Under the pieces are notes generated by a model. That model was not told the origin of the DNA, did not search any database, and was given only the letters and a program-made list of their open reading frames with translations. This document shows positions 27,774-42,535 of a stretch of 64,000 bases of DNA, in pieces; position 1 is the first letter of the stretch; every line of letters begins with the position of its first letter. Both the position numbers and the translations under genes were made by a program. The DNA comes from the human T2T-CHM13v2.0 reference genome, Homo sapiens. The stretch is taken from NCBI RefSeq assembly GCF_009914755.1, contig NC_060928.1; one strand, written 5' to 3'.

Positions 27774-28440
27774 TTCTCACACAGCACTTTACCTCCTAAA
27801 TCTTCTTTCTCACATCACTTGATAAAATGAAAATTGCCCAAACTATGGCGGCTAATCTACAAAAATACTCATTTTTCCAGGAACTATTTTTTGCATAAAC
27901 AATTTCTAAAATCAACTGGAATTTGACTGATTGCTCCCCCATTCCCAGACCAATTGTAAAATTTCCACCCAGTTTCTCCAATACAGATTGTCCTTTCAGA
28001 GATTTATTGTGTCTGGCATTTTAAAATAAAGATGTATGCTAATGATGTTTTTGTATATTTTCTTCCATAGTGTATTTTATTAGGAATAGGTATTGATAAA
28101 ATAGAGCCTCCTAGTCAGTGGAATATTGGCCTCAAGTTTGTCCTAAATGGGTTACAGGCGTAACCCCAGGTACTGATTTCATTGGGGATGTGTCAGAGTG
28201 TAGCTCTAGCTGAGAAGGGTCTGAGGCCACTCCCTGCCCTCCCAACAGGAAGGAAGAATGACGAACAACATCAGTTCCACTGTTCTGGGATGAACATTCC
28301 CAAGCAGGGGCTCTATCTGCTTTAGCAGCTAGCCTCATCTTGCGCCTCTGCCCAGCAGAAGGCAAGGTCCCTATGGAGCTGCTGGACATGTTTGTGGCCC
28401 AGGTGCTGGAGATGCGTGCTCTGCCACATGAACAGCAGCC

Positions 28441-28459
28441 TGTCCAGTAGGGGGCAGAA
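28441..28459 (+). promoter_or_regulatory. Candidate CTCF binding site
   Basis: TGTCCAGTAGGGGGCAGAA fits the CTCF core CCASYAGRKGGCRS with no mismatch; lies in a locally GC-richer patch with no recognisable repeat. Confidence 0.6.
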
Positions 28460-28934
28460 AGGCTATGCTGGCACTCTTGGCAGGCAGAGCTTTAATGAGA
28501 TCACCAGAATGGCTAGATTCACATTTATTAGACGCTTCTGTCTGTCTTGAGGGCCCTTTCAGTGGCATCCAAGCTAGATGCCCAGTGACTGCTATAACAA
28601 TGTGTGCTTGTCCTGAACTTAGAGCTTTGCCATTTTTTTCTAGACATAGAATCTGTTTTCAATTTAAATCAACATTAACTTGAACATTACATTTTAACAT
28701 TACATCTCTCCATAAAAGCAAACAAAATTAGAAAATTTAAACAAAAACTAAAAAATATAAACTTTTACATAATAAAAGCAAAAAAACTTACATTATTTAA
28801 ATATTTTAAAATATAAACTTTTAAATGATTTCAAAGATTTGTTTAAAAATTATCATTGATTTTGTAACCCAGTTTTTGTTGTTAACAGTTATCTTTGAAA
28901 AATTTGAACAGATCCTCGTTAAGAATTCTAATCA

Positions 28935-29234
28935 GGTCAGGTGCAGTGGCTCATGCTGGTAATCCCAGCACTTTGGGAGACCAAGGCAGGCAGAGGTCAG
29001 GAGTTTGAGACCACCCTGGCCAACGTGGCAAAAACCTGTCTCTACTAAAAATACAAAAATTAGCCAGGCATAGTGGCAGTGCAGGTAATCCCAGCTACTC
29101 AGGAGGCTGAGACACGAGAATCACTTAAACCTAGGAGGCAGAGGTTGCAGCAAGCTGAGATTGCGCCATTGCACCAGCCTAGGTGACAAAGCAAGACTCT
29201 GTCTACGCCACCCCCACCACCAAAAAAAAAAAAA
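28935..29234 (+). mobile_element. AluS
   Basis: Dimeric Alu with a small internal deletion; ttctaatca on both flanks. Confidence 0.95.
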
Positions 29235-32200
29235 TAGTTCTAATCAGGTATTTTGAATGGCTACTTTGACTGTAAAAGAAAATCATATTCACTGATGTAA
29301 GCATTCTTTTTCCTAATTTAAATTTAAACATGTTATTTTAAAACTTGTGATGAATTATTTAATATTTTCTTAAAATTGGATTTGTTTTATTGAAAAATAA
29401 AATGACTACTTTTTGCAAGTCTCTTATAAATAAATATTTTCAAATCCAGTCTAACCCATTGTCCCATGTAAGCTTTTTTATTTTCTACCTGTAGTGAAGG
29501 GCTTTACATATGTAATTACTAAATATTGGGCATCTTTTGGCTGGAATGATCATGTGAAAAACATAACCAACCAACATTGGGCTAACATAGAGTAACACCA
29601 TGCCTGCCACATTCCTGCAAAGCATATCTAAACTCATTTTAGATAGACTGATATATAGGAAGATAGATAAAAATAGAAATAGAGAAGGAGATATATTGGT
29701 ATATTCTCAATAATCATTGATGTGCAACATTAATTGTTTCATAAGTTTAATAACTCGAGGATATGCAGCCCACTATACCACCATCACCCCAAATTTATCA
29801 ATCTGCTCATCTAGCACATGTCACCCTTTGTGATGGAGGCTACGGACCACTGATTTCACCTCCCTTTATTCTATAATGCTGCATACGTGTAGCTAATATA
29901 TATTGAGTCACACTCTGGGGCCACATGGACTCCATATGGCTTATGACCTAAATATTGGCTGTATATATCCAGATTTAAGGGAGAGAAAGAGAAAAAAAGA
30001 AAAAGATCACAGAGAGCTCCTTGTGTCCTTCTCGTATAACAGCCCTCTTCACCCTTTGCCAGTGGAGGAAAAAGGAGGTCTTTATGTCAGAAGTTCTATG
30101 TCTAAAATTATTTAATTACATTTCTGGGCATTTTTCCTGGTTTGTGTTTACAGTTATTGTGAAGTGAAGCTTGTGTTATACAGTGTGGGACAATAGGAAA
30201 TCCAACCATGTAAATAATGATTATCACACAAAGTTATTAAATACTGGTGCAAATCATCAAGTAAATTAACTGAAGCTGGCATGTTGATAGCTGTAATCTT
30301 CCAGAAGCAATAAAGCATATGGTGGACAATGGATGGCATAGTGCTTTAAGTAAAAGAAATAACTTTATGGAAATATTTTAGCCATTTTGACTCGGTGGTA
30401 GCAGAGAGATTTTCAGTAAGTGATCTTTTCCACTATAACTTTTCAATCATGTAAAAGTTGTCTTTTATAGCCTGTATTTCAATCTTGGCTCACTCACTTT
30501 CTGTGGGACTGCTTGGGTCCCATATTGATGTTTTTTTTTTGTTTGTTTGTTTGTTTTTAAGTTTATACTATTGTTGTTTTTGTATTTTTGCAATTTAACT
30601 TAAGGTTTGCTTTCCTAGAGAATTGGGTAAATATAAACAACTTGAATTTTTTTTTCAGGTATACGCCTATAGAGGCAAGATAAGTATACAGCACATACGG
30701 CATATGGTCTAGTTTAATGTTATTTCAGAAAATGAAATCAGTTCTTAAGTTCATCTCTAATATAACTTCATTTATTTCAAATCTTAAAATGCCTTATATA
30801 TGATTAAAGTTCCAATGTGATTAAGCATTTTTGCCTTTCATAGCTTCAAAAAAGATTATAACAGAGGAATTAGCTGTCCCTACAAGCAAGTAACATCTTT
30901 GATAATATCATCACCAGTTCTGTTTACAATTAATCTGAATGGCAGCCTACAGCTAATGGAAGATGGAGGACTAAGGGGCTTCATTATTTCAAACATTGTG
31001 AATGAATGCTTATATATTAATAGTAATGGATACAATGCAGAAAAATCAGAAACACATTCCTTAGCAAAATCAACATTATTTTATAATATGCATCATTTTG
31101 GATCAATGTCATCTTTGATTTTCTTTGTTAGGCAGAGAAGTTGAAGTTGATAGTGGTTGACAAATTTGGCAAATTCGTAAGTCAGATTTTAAAATGCTGT
31201 GAGAAAGTAGGCCTAGATGAGATTCACATGTAAGTTAATATCAAAGTAAAATAAAACAAAATAAAATAAATCTCCCTTCTTTATTATGCTGCCAGTACTC
31301 ACTGACATTGAGCGCATCATTAACATGGTTGTGAAAAACAAAAGAAAGTTCGTAAAGGGTCAGTTTTGTGAATCATTATTTGCTAAAAGCATTTTGGACA
31401 TCATCAAACAAAATACAAGATAGTAACTTGGGCCACTTGAAAAAGTACAGGTCAGTAAATATAATTAATGTAAATTTTGGAGGGAATTAGAGTGTAATGA
31501 GTTTGTTCATGCCTGGGTAAAACCAAACCTAGAGAACTTAGTTCAGTTTTGTTATTTCTCCTATGATAAGAATTTTCCTTTCACTTGCTAAACCTTCCTG
31601 TAAATGTTCATTGGTATTGCTAGGATGTGATGAAGAACCTCAGTAAGAAATGAATGAAATTGTGTAGACAGAGAGAAACAATATTTATTCAGTAATATCT
31701 CATTGGCTTATTTTATTTCAGTATCACATTTACCTATTGTGGCATATCCGGCAAGGACAAGTCCCAGGAAGTCGGTTGGCAGTGACTGATAATTAGAGAA
31801 TATGGAGTTAGGATCAATACATTTTATGCACAAATACAACTGGAATTTGTAGCAAATCGCCTCTATTGCTGACAGCATTGCAGAATAGAGTATGAATTCA
31901 ATGACTCAGGCACAACATACATTTAGGCAACCAATAATCTAGTGGTATAGGAAATCTTACACAGAAAAGATTTTAATGGAATGAAATAATTTATTATCAC
32001 AGTGATTAAATATGAATTTTTGTACATCAAAGGCAAAATTAACCACAATTGATTTTGTGTCCATGAGATTTCTATTTCTGGTAGCTATGCTCCTTCACTT
32101 TCACATTTTCCTTATTCTCACACTTTCTCTCCTTCTCATTCTTATTTTCATTTTTTATCCTTCTCATTAATTTTTGTAAATGTTTAATGTAAAAAAGTAT

Positions 32201-32950
32201 GCAAGTGCAATACTGAGTGTCTGAAAGCATATGGCTTCAAAGTTTTGACTGTATTAAGTGCCAATGTTGTTGAACAAATGTAGAACTAAATACTAAGAAA
32301 GAATAAAAATAACTGGTTAACAATTAGATATAGCCAGAGAAATCATTTAATATATCTCTCTTCTCTCTCTCTCTGCCATCCTTTTATCTATGTTTACTTG
32401 TGTTTAATCTACTATTGACTATAAGCATTTTGTGAAGTGTTAGTTAACAGCAACCTACTTCCAACTTTGAGGAGAACTATTTGTCATACTGAAAAAAAAA
32501 TCATTTCAATGCATTATAATCTGGTCTGTCCCCCTTAATTAACAGATAAGACAGTGACATACACAGGTTACATACCTTTTCCAAACGCAAAGTTTCCTAG
32601 TGACATATTAAGAAGTAAAAGCCAGGTTTCCCATCCTCACTTGCCTATATTTTCTAGCACACAAAACCACTTTAAGGAAAAGCATGCTTTTAAGTTATTT
32701 CTTACACATTAGTATGTCATGTCAGCATTTTAACACTCATTTAAAATGTTAAAACATATTTTATTCTTAAATATTCCATGGTGACTTCAAAATCATATCC
32801 AGAATATGACTGTTGCCACCAAAAAATCTATTATCCTTTCCTTTTTCTTCTCCCATTTTGATTCATTGCAGCATAATAGTTCCATTTTCCTAAATAAAAA
32901 ATCTGGTATCATTTGAGAACAGAGATTTTTGAGGTTGAGGTTGATAGCAT

Positions 32951-33413
32951 GATGGTCTTTGACATGAAAACGTGGATAGACTAAAGTCTCTAGCTATGCA
33001 ACCAAACACTTATCCAGCGTTGCTGTGAAGATATGTTGGAGATGTGAATAAAATCAACAATCTGTTTACTTCAAGTAAGAGAGAATAGTCTTGCCAATCT
33101 GAGAAAACATAATTCAGTCAGTTGAAAGGCCTGAAGAGCAGCTGAGACTTCCCTCAAAGAGAAGACCTTGTACCTGTGGACAGCAGCTTCAGTCGTGCCT
33201 GAGAGTCCCAGTCTGTTCTTCCTGACTGCCTGTCTTACACATTTTGGATTTGCCTAGCCAGCCCAACAACTGAGGAAGCCAAATCCTTGCTTTCTATCTT
33301 TCTCTATCTCTCTCTTCTATGTCTAGCTAATCTATCTATCTATCACCTATCTATCTATCATCTATTCTATCATGTATTCTCTCTATCATCTATTCTCTAT
33401 ATCTAGCTATCTG

Positions 33414-33468
<55 letters not shown>

Positions 33469-33520
33469 CATCAGTCTCCTATTGGTTCTGCTTCTCCGAT
33501 TGAACTCTGAATTGAATTTC
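32951..33520 (+). mobile_element. MLT2-type (ERVL) solo LTR containing an STR
   Basis: gttgctgtgaagatat, tcagttgaaaggcctgaagagca, ctagccagccc, ctcctattggttctgcttctc. Confidence 0.75.
33414..33465. repeat. (TCTA)13 tetranucleotide STR
   Basis: 13 uninterrupted TCTA units, preceded by degenerate TCTA repeats from about 33295. Confidence 0.95.
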
Positions 33521-33599
33521 ATTGAGTGTCAGATTATCTGAGAAAACTTCCTGAAATTCTACGTAAAAATTGTATGTGTTTAAATATGTATGTTTAATA

Positions 33600-34380
33600 G
33601 GGGCAGTGAACATTGTAGAATCACTCTTCTAGATTCTTCCTTTTCATTTAGCCCCACTTCTAATTTAACCAAAATGTACTTTCATACCCAACTTCTTAAG
33701 ATCCCTTCAATTCATCCCTTCCCTTCTTCCCCACCTGCACTGCCTTATCTCCTGCCTCTACACATTTTTTCCTGAACCATTGGAATACATTGGTTACTGG
33801 GTTCCCTGGCCCCATTTTCTTCTTCCTTGCACGCCACTCTCCATATTGATGCTCACGTGATCTTTTTAAAACGCAGTCTCAATCAGCCAAATGTTCCTTA
33901 TTACTCAAACTCCTTAAATATGAGACCAAAGATCCTCAAGACATGGCACTTCTGGTTTTCTAAATTTAATTAATATAAATTTTCCATATGACCCTGCAAT
34001 CCTGATTGTTTGAGCTCATTTATAATCCCTAAACTTAATACACATTTTTAGATATGTGTTCCCTCTGCCAGAAAGTCCACCTTTCTTCTATGACTTGGTG
34101 GAAAGTTTCCTTTCCTTGCTCTAAAAGCAACCATCTCAGAAAACGTTCCTGTCTTCACCAAGAACAGTTAAAGACATCTTTCTGTCTGAGTCCATGTGGA
34201 TTTAATTGTAGCATATTTCTTGACCTCTATCTATTTATCTTCCTTCTATGTTATTTTCATGGTCTGATTGAATTACGATCATGTGCAGGGCAGGAATTAT
34301 CATTTATTCATCATTATACTGCCAGATCTCTAGTTAATTTCTAGAATATAGTAAGTCATCATTTTACTTGTGGAAAATTG
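33600..34380 (+). mobile_element. Degenerate L2 fragment
   Basis: Pyrimidine-rich L2-like blocks (ctagattcttccttttc, gtgatctttttaaaacgca, tgttccctctgccagaa). Confidence 0.5.
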
Positions 34381-36271
34381 TATAAGTAACTACATTCTAT
34401 CAATATTTATTTCAAATTAGATATTTTCATGTCGTTGAGCCTAAAATAATTTTTGAAACTAAGCTGCCTAGAGATTTGCTTAATTCACTGAGATTTTCAT
34501 GAATGGTGTAGTGTTTTAAGTTATTGGTTTATTGACATTTAAAGTTTGTGTAAAAATACTATTTATGCATTAGTCTCTTCTTTATCCTCAGATTTACTTC
34601 ATATTTTTAAATGGGTCCATATAACACTCAGGAAAATAGAGAAATATGCAAAGCAAATGAACAAAAAAAGATTAAATTTCGAAATTTTGTGCCCTGCTGT
34701 TAAACCTGTCTTACAGTTTATCATTATTTTTCTGTAATCTCTGCTCTTTATCTTGAATTGTTGGAAAATTCCCCTAATATTGAATAGGTTAGTTACTAGG
34801 TGAAGGAAGAAGTAATCAATTTTACCCTAGCACTCTGTTAGATGGTAGTTAATAAATATTTGTTGAATATTAAATGAACATATTTTGCTCTCATCATTTT
34901 TCTTATACTTTTTCATAAATCCCATGACTTTATAGAACCTTGGCATTTATTTTTAATGTAATCATATATTTGATTCCAAAAGTTTTAACCTTCTCTACTA
35001 CAGAATTTCTTATGTTTCATTTTAAAATTAATGCTTGTTAAACTAAAGTTCTTCCTAATGGGATTCAATGCAACACATTAGGCAGCAATTCAGTTATGCC
35101 AGCCTATATGACTATGGTTCTTTTTCATTCAGTTCCTAGTATTGAAGGTGTTTGTCTATTTTTTATCATTTTATATTAGCTTCCTTTATGACATAAAATG
35201 GAAATAATCTTTTGATAAACATACTATACATTTGGTTCTAGAATCTCGTATGTTTTACTTTGCTTAAAAATCTGATTCTCATAAAATCCAGAAAAATGTT
35301 TTATTTCTCCTTCCTGTCTTTGATAGATCAGCATCAATTATATCTTTAAATAGATGGGTATTATCTGATTTGTTTCCTCATCAAGCAAACAATAATTAAT
35401 TCCTACTCTATATTTGATGGCAGACTGTATATTTTTTCCTTCTCAAAAGTCCTGACAGCTGGATAATTCTAACTTGGCCTTTTGATTGTTTGCCTGTTTT
35501 TTATTGTATGTTTTATGAGCTACATACCAACTTATTTCAAAATGGCCTTCAGCCAAGATGAAAATCAATGAAACTCACTTTCTTAAAATTTAAGGATTTG
35601 CTTGTTCGTGGGATAACATCTGAGTCCCTTTTGCTGTGTGTTTAGATATAACTGAAAATGCATTTCTGAAAATACTTTAATACTTTATACTTTGAAATAA
35701 CAACTTCTAATTTCTAAATTTAATTCAATTATTAGATTTTTATGCCACAGTGATTTCTGTAGAAATCTGAAAAAGAGAGTGTTCCTTGACATTGAGAGTA
35801 AAATCACATTTTGTCTATAATATTACTTGGTCATAAATCCTAGCTTCAATATTTAGTGAATGACCTTGAGCAGCTTATAATTCACCCTTTTGATTACAAG
35901 AGTCCTCATATTTATAATGCAGATGATAGTAATACTGCCAGTAAGAATCTAGTTAGACTCCTATTAAATGATACATTCAAGGATGGCATATAATAATTGA
36001 TTGAAAAACAATTGTGTTATTATTACTTCTAAATTATTATTATATAATCAATAGCCCCCATGGTTTTAAAGTACTTTTTAAAAAATTGAATTCAGTTATT
36101 TATTTACTTCATTCAGCAAATATTTTTTTAACACGTAGGCTGTGTCAGGCACTTCTAAACACTAATGATATAGAACCACAGACAAATATCTGCCCTTTTA
36201 ACAGTTACAGTTTACTGGGAAAAACAAACAAACACACATGTATCAATGAAGCTCATTAAAAGTGAATTTCA

Positions 36272-36536
36272 TTGGGAGGCCGAGGTGGGTGGATCACCCG
36301 AGGTAAGGAGTTGGAGACCAGCCTGGCCAACATGGCGAAACCTCGTCTCTACTAAAAATACAAAAAATTAGCCAGCGTGGTGGCACACACCTGTAATCCC
36401 AGCTACTCAGGAGGCTGAGGCAGAAGGATCGCTTGAGCCCAGGAGGCGGAGGTTGCAGTGAGCCGAGAGCCGAGATCATGCCATTGCACTCCAGCCTGGG
36501 CAACAGAGCAAGACTGTCTCAAATAAAAAAAAAAAG
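36272..36536 (+). mobile_element. 5'-truncated AluS
   Basis: Begins at ttgggaggccgagg; TSD agtgaatttca (36261-36271, 36537-36547). Confidence 0.95.
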
Positions 36537-36559
36537 AGTGAATTTCAAGAAGATTTAAT

Positions 36560-36810
36560 TGATAATAGAGTTGCCATAGTTGTCCAGTATGCATTACACT
36601 TACAGGTTTTATGCTTAGCACTTTACATATATTAATTCATTTAATCTCTATAAGACTATGACATTTATACTTTTATCCCATGTTAAAGTGAGAAGCATGA
36701 GGCAATGAAAGGCAAAATAACTTGATTATTGTCACAAAGTCAGTAACTAGTAGAACTTGGGATCCCCTGACCTTCTGGTTTTAGAGCCTGACTTTTAACT
36801 TACTAAATGA
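36560..36810 (-). mobile_element. MIR
   Basis: agcactttacatatattaattcatttaatct...tgaggca...aacttg...gtcaca...agagcctgacttttaac. Confidence 0.7.
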
Positions 36811-37922
36811 TCTGCCTGATTGCAAGAAAAATATACCGAGTAAAGCTTAATATATCAAGGCGATGTCCATGTGTCACAGGTGCACTCACTGAGAATTTTA
36901 TTAATAGAGTGACAGCAAGTGTTATACAATAGATGTCTTAAGATCCTATGGCTGTCTCTAATCTCATCCACATGAATAATAAGTTGAAGTTTTAAAATAT
37001 TAAACCAAGAGGTGTTTTCTTTTTAACTGCTTTCAGTGAATCTTGTGGCAAATACATTAAAATCCTATATGAAACTTAATTGCTGAATTTCAAAAACAAG
37101 AGGCATGAATAACTATCATAATTTTTTTAAAAAATCAAGGCAGTACATGATCATCCATGTGGGGGTGGAGTTGATGTAGGTTTGGGAGGATGGTTTCTCT
37201 TTCTCAGTGGGGTTGAGTGCTTCTTTCTGATTGATTGTGCATTACAAAATGTAATGCATCAGTCCTGTTTCATTTCAGCTTCTCAAGTTATAGAACTTAA
37301 ATTTCTTTTATTAGATCCTCTTAAAGAATCTCTTTGAAAGAAAATATTTATATAATGATAATGCACTTATACATTTTGGCTCCTGGAATACAGAGTATAG
37401 TTTTCAGTGTCAGACTATTCCAAATCATGAGCAAATATATAGAGGGAGTGGATAATTTTTCTGTCTCCCTACATTGTAGCTTTTGAGAGGATAAACAGTT
37501 CTTTTTCTCCTTAACTCCTTTTCAGGACCCTTATTGCTAATGTAAAGGGCCAGAGAATGGAACAGTGATTGGGCATGTTTTCTTACTGGGTTAAACAGTT
37601 AAAACGAAACTATCTAATCCTTTCTATGTCCTTTGCAGCCCCTTCCACTCCAACCAGATATTTGTAAAGAGGTAAAAAAGTAAGATGTATTAGGCAATCA
37701 TAAACAGAGAGAAGATGAAATAGAAAACTTGTTTAGCTTTCTTGGTGTATTTAAAAACTGTCCATTTTAAACTGGAATTTTATTCATTAATTGTCAATTG
37801 TTTTTAAGGTGTAAACTCCTCCAGACATTTAGTTCAGAAGGGAGGACTGATGGGAGGTTGGATTATCATAACTCTACTCTCTAACACATAATAACATTTA
37901 GAGTTTATATTTAATAACCCAC

Positions 37923-38274
37923 TGATATGCTTTGGCTGTGACCTCATCCGTCTTTTCATCTTGAATTGTAACTCCCATAATCCTCATGTGTCATGGGAGG
38001 GACCCGGTGGGAGGCAATTGAATCATGGAGTGGGTTTTTCCATGATGTTCTCGTAATAGTGAATGAGTCTAATGAGATCTGCCGGTTTTATAAAGGACAG
38101 TTTCCCTGCATATGCTCTATTGCCTGCTGCCAGGTAAGATGTGCCTTTGTTCCTCCTTCGCCTTTCACCATGATTGTGAGGCCTCCTCAGCCATGTAGAA
38201 GTCCATTAAACTTCTTTTTCTTTATAAATTACCCAGTCTCAGCTCTGTCTTTATTAGCAGCATGAGAACAGACT
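37923..38274 (+). mobile_element. THE1 (THE1C-like) MaLR solo LTR
   Basis: TGATATGCTTTGGCTGTG start, catgggagggacccggtgggagg, ccatgattgtgaggcctc, ttataaattacccagtctc; terminal aataca missing. Confidence 0.92.
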
Positions 38275-39419
38275 GTTTTTGTTTTTGTTTTCTTGAGTGG
38301 AAAAGGGGTTACTGTTAGAAAACAAAATAAAGAAAGAAGATTAGCATACAATAAGAATGAGCACACTAAGATTTATTGCTTATGTATCAGAAATTTTGCA
38401 TATTATGCCTTTTTAATTCTTTCAACTATGTAAGATTCATTTCCAGTGATCAGACCTCAAACTGGTTTAAGTAGATGGATAATAAGTAGCAAAAGTGTAT
38501 TTAAACCTACATTTGTCATATTGAAGTGTCTAGTGTTCTGTTAATATCAAACTTGACATGACATCTAAAGAAAGGATGCAATACCACAATTAACTCCCTG
38601 GAGAAGAGGGATAGTCCTAACCTACATTCTAGAACTATCCAGTGAAAAATGCTGGAAATTGTGTTTTATAGGCAAATATGCTTTAATATGCAAAGAGAAC
38701 AAGAATATTTATTCCAATTTCTGAGGACATAGAATCCTGGTCGTATCTTTAATTCAAAACCCCGGCATGATGGTTGCAAAAGACAAGCCATATCTGGCAC
38801 ACTGGACCTCAGAAAAGACACTTGAGTTTAAACTGACATGAAGTATGTAAGAGTACCATGGAAATTTATTTTGCAATCACAGACTTTTATTGTTAAAAAG
38901 AGCCAAAGAATCAAATCAAACTCCCTCATTTACCAATGTGAACAGTTTTGAATGTCTTAATGAATTGCCTATAAGAACTAAAATGTGATAATGATGGAGC
39001 TGGAATCAGAATCCAAGAATGAAATCCAGGCCTGCTCTAAGTCTCATAGGTGTCCATTATTTATCCTTCACATAAGCTTATTAGTTTAATTATCTAAAAG
39101 TTTTTCATTTCTAAGATATTTTATTGATTTTCATTTAATAAGAAAAATAACTTTTATAAAGATGTGATTATTTATAATGCCTATATTTAACTTATAAATG
39201 ATACTGCAAATATCTTCAATGTAAGTTTAGGAAACCACATGAACATATTTGCAGACTCATCTTTAACTTGTCTCAGGCAAATTTATTTCTGATGATTCAG
39301 GTCATTTAAAAAATACCTTGGACTTAGATTACCAATCACAGGGTCGAAAACTAAATAAACAAGTATGCAAATATGACAGAATAAATGACATTGAACTAAA
39401 TTCTAATTTATTCTATATA

Positions 39420-39955
39420 ATTTCAACTTTTTTTTCAGATTGAGGGAGTACATGTGCAGGTTTGTTACATGGGTATGTTGCGTGATGCTCAGATTTGCAG
39501 TACAAATGATACTATCATCCAGGTAGTGAGCATAATATTCAACATGCATATTAGATATTTTTCAGCCCTTGGCCTCCCTCCCTTTCTGTTCCCTCTAGTA
39601 GTTCATGCTATCTATTGTTCCCATTTTTATGTCCATTTGTACCCAATGCTTAGCTCCCAGTTATAAGTGAGATTATGCAGTATTTAGTTTGCATTCCTGT
39701 GTTCATTTGCTTAGAATAATGGCCTCTAGCTATATCCATGCTCCTGCAAAGACACAATTTTTGTTCCTTTTTATTGCTGTATAGCATTCCATGGTGTATA
39801 GGTACCACATTTTTTTTATCCAATCCACTATGGATGGGCAGCTTTGTTAATTCCATGTCTTTGCTGTTGTGACTAGTGCTGCAATGAATGTATGAGTGCA
39901 TGTGTCTTTTTGGTAGAATAATTTACTGTACTTTGTTTGTATATTCAGTAATGGG
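39420..39955 (-). mobile_element. L1PA15/16-type 3' end
   Basis: gtacatgtgcaggtttgttacatgggta...cccaatgcttagctccc...tatccaatccacta; L1 3'UTR and ORF2 end. Confidence 0.9.
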
Positions 39956-41649
39956 TTTAATTGTTCATCAATCTAACAAATTTAAAAAAATATTTTACCC
40001 ATGACTAAAATTTTACAAAAGACAATTGAACATATTTTCTTAATATTATGATCTTCTACCCCTTTAGATAGTCTCCTCCTGGATTCAGCTAGTACACTCA
40101 GAGAACAAGTGGGCCTCTGGGACATAAATTAAACATATAACAAATTCTAATGTAGTATCCTTCTTTTTAAGCTTGAGATTGGCTTTTATGTAAAAGGTCT
40201 TCTCCTGAGCAACACTGTCCAACTTCAGTGCTTTTATGTTTTGTGTTGTTTATTTTTATAATAGGAACCAGTTTGTGCTATGTTATCTTTATATTCCCAG
40301 CACTTAACAGAGTGTCTTGCATAAAATAGATGTTCAACAAAGATTTTAAACTAACAAATGATATATAGAGCTATGTTAGCAGCATAATTGCAGAAAAAAG
40401 ACTACACAGAAATACTATAAGCTTTTGATTCACAAAAACAGCATATTCCAATACTAGCCTATAAAAATGATTAGTTATAATGAAAATTTAAGAATTTTGT
40501 TTGAGATCTGTGAGACTCTTAGTAAACAATTAAAGGGTAAAGCAAACCATTCACGAAATATTGTATTTACCAACATATCAATATACACTTTGGTGAACAG
40601 TAACAAAAAATCAGCACTTTCCAAAAGCAAACAGTCTTGTTTGGAAGAAAAGAAAGGCATTGATTTTTGCTAATAAATGTTTTTCAGCTTTTTCCAATAC
40701 AGATTTCTTAATGCTGGAGATGTTTTCTTTATAGCAACAAATAGATTGAATGTTGGCTTGAAAATGCCATCTTCCAGCTTCTTTCCATTGCCAGCACTTA
40801 GTAAATGCAGCCTAGTGTCTGCTGCTGCCAATGGTTGTTCCATTTTACAAATTAGAGTCCATGTCCTAGAGTGATGTAGTCGAAACATGACTGACATTGA
40901 GTGGCCATACAGGCAAGGTAGTAGAGGTGCTGGGAATAATACCAATTGCATAGATCAATACTGGTGAGTGCTGAAGTTCAGATTCCCTTCCTTAACCAAT
41001 TTTGGTAGTAATGCTAATAAGCAGTGAAAGAGACAAAACGTGGTCTAAAGTAAGAAGAAAAACATTGCTTGCTTGAATTTTCTCTTGAATCACACAGAGT
41101 AAGTCAACTACCTAGTTCTTAAAGTTTTCTTCGTTTGGGTCACTTCAGGATCATTTGCTCTTCCATCTATGTAAATGAGAATAATCTGTATAAGTATATA
41201 GCATTGCTTATTAAATTAACTTTCTCACTAGGTAACTTATGAACAGCTACGCAGCCTCTACTTTTTGAACAGTCTGACAGTCTTCTGATAGTACTTTTAG
41301 GTTTAGTCATTTGGTAGATGCTCAAAGAAATACATAATGTCCAGAGATTGCCTGTTTTTTAATTCTATTGACAAAAATGTCATTCATTTTGCATGTATAT
41401 GTCTAATAGTTTATTCATTGTTGTCTTATGATGTTCTAATGTTAGAATATGTTTTCTATACGTATTTAGTAGATTTTAATCAAGAAAGAGTGAAGTGTAC
41501 TAATTATTAATTGGCATAGATGAGCTACTTGAAAATGAAACTCTAAAATTATAATGGACTAAGCATAAAAAGTTGCTATTTCTTACATAATCAAGCCAAT
41601 GTAATTCTAGATTGGCTGATATGTGGTTCTAATTCACATTTTTATTTAG

Positions 41650-42099
<450 letters not shown>

Positions 42100-42134
42100 T
42101 CAAAGAAGATGGGAGGGGAGGCGTGAATGATTAA

Positions 42135-42535
<401 letters not shown>

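Noticed and set aside
30640-30720. Splice acceptor-like tttttttttcag
   Set aside because: No convincing partner donor or frame; common by chance in T-rich DNA.
39454-39901. ORFs at 39.5-39.9 kb and at 61753
   Set aside because: Off-frame or antisense translations of L1 3' ends.
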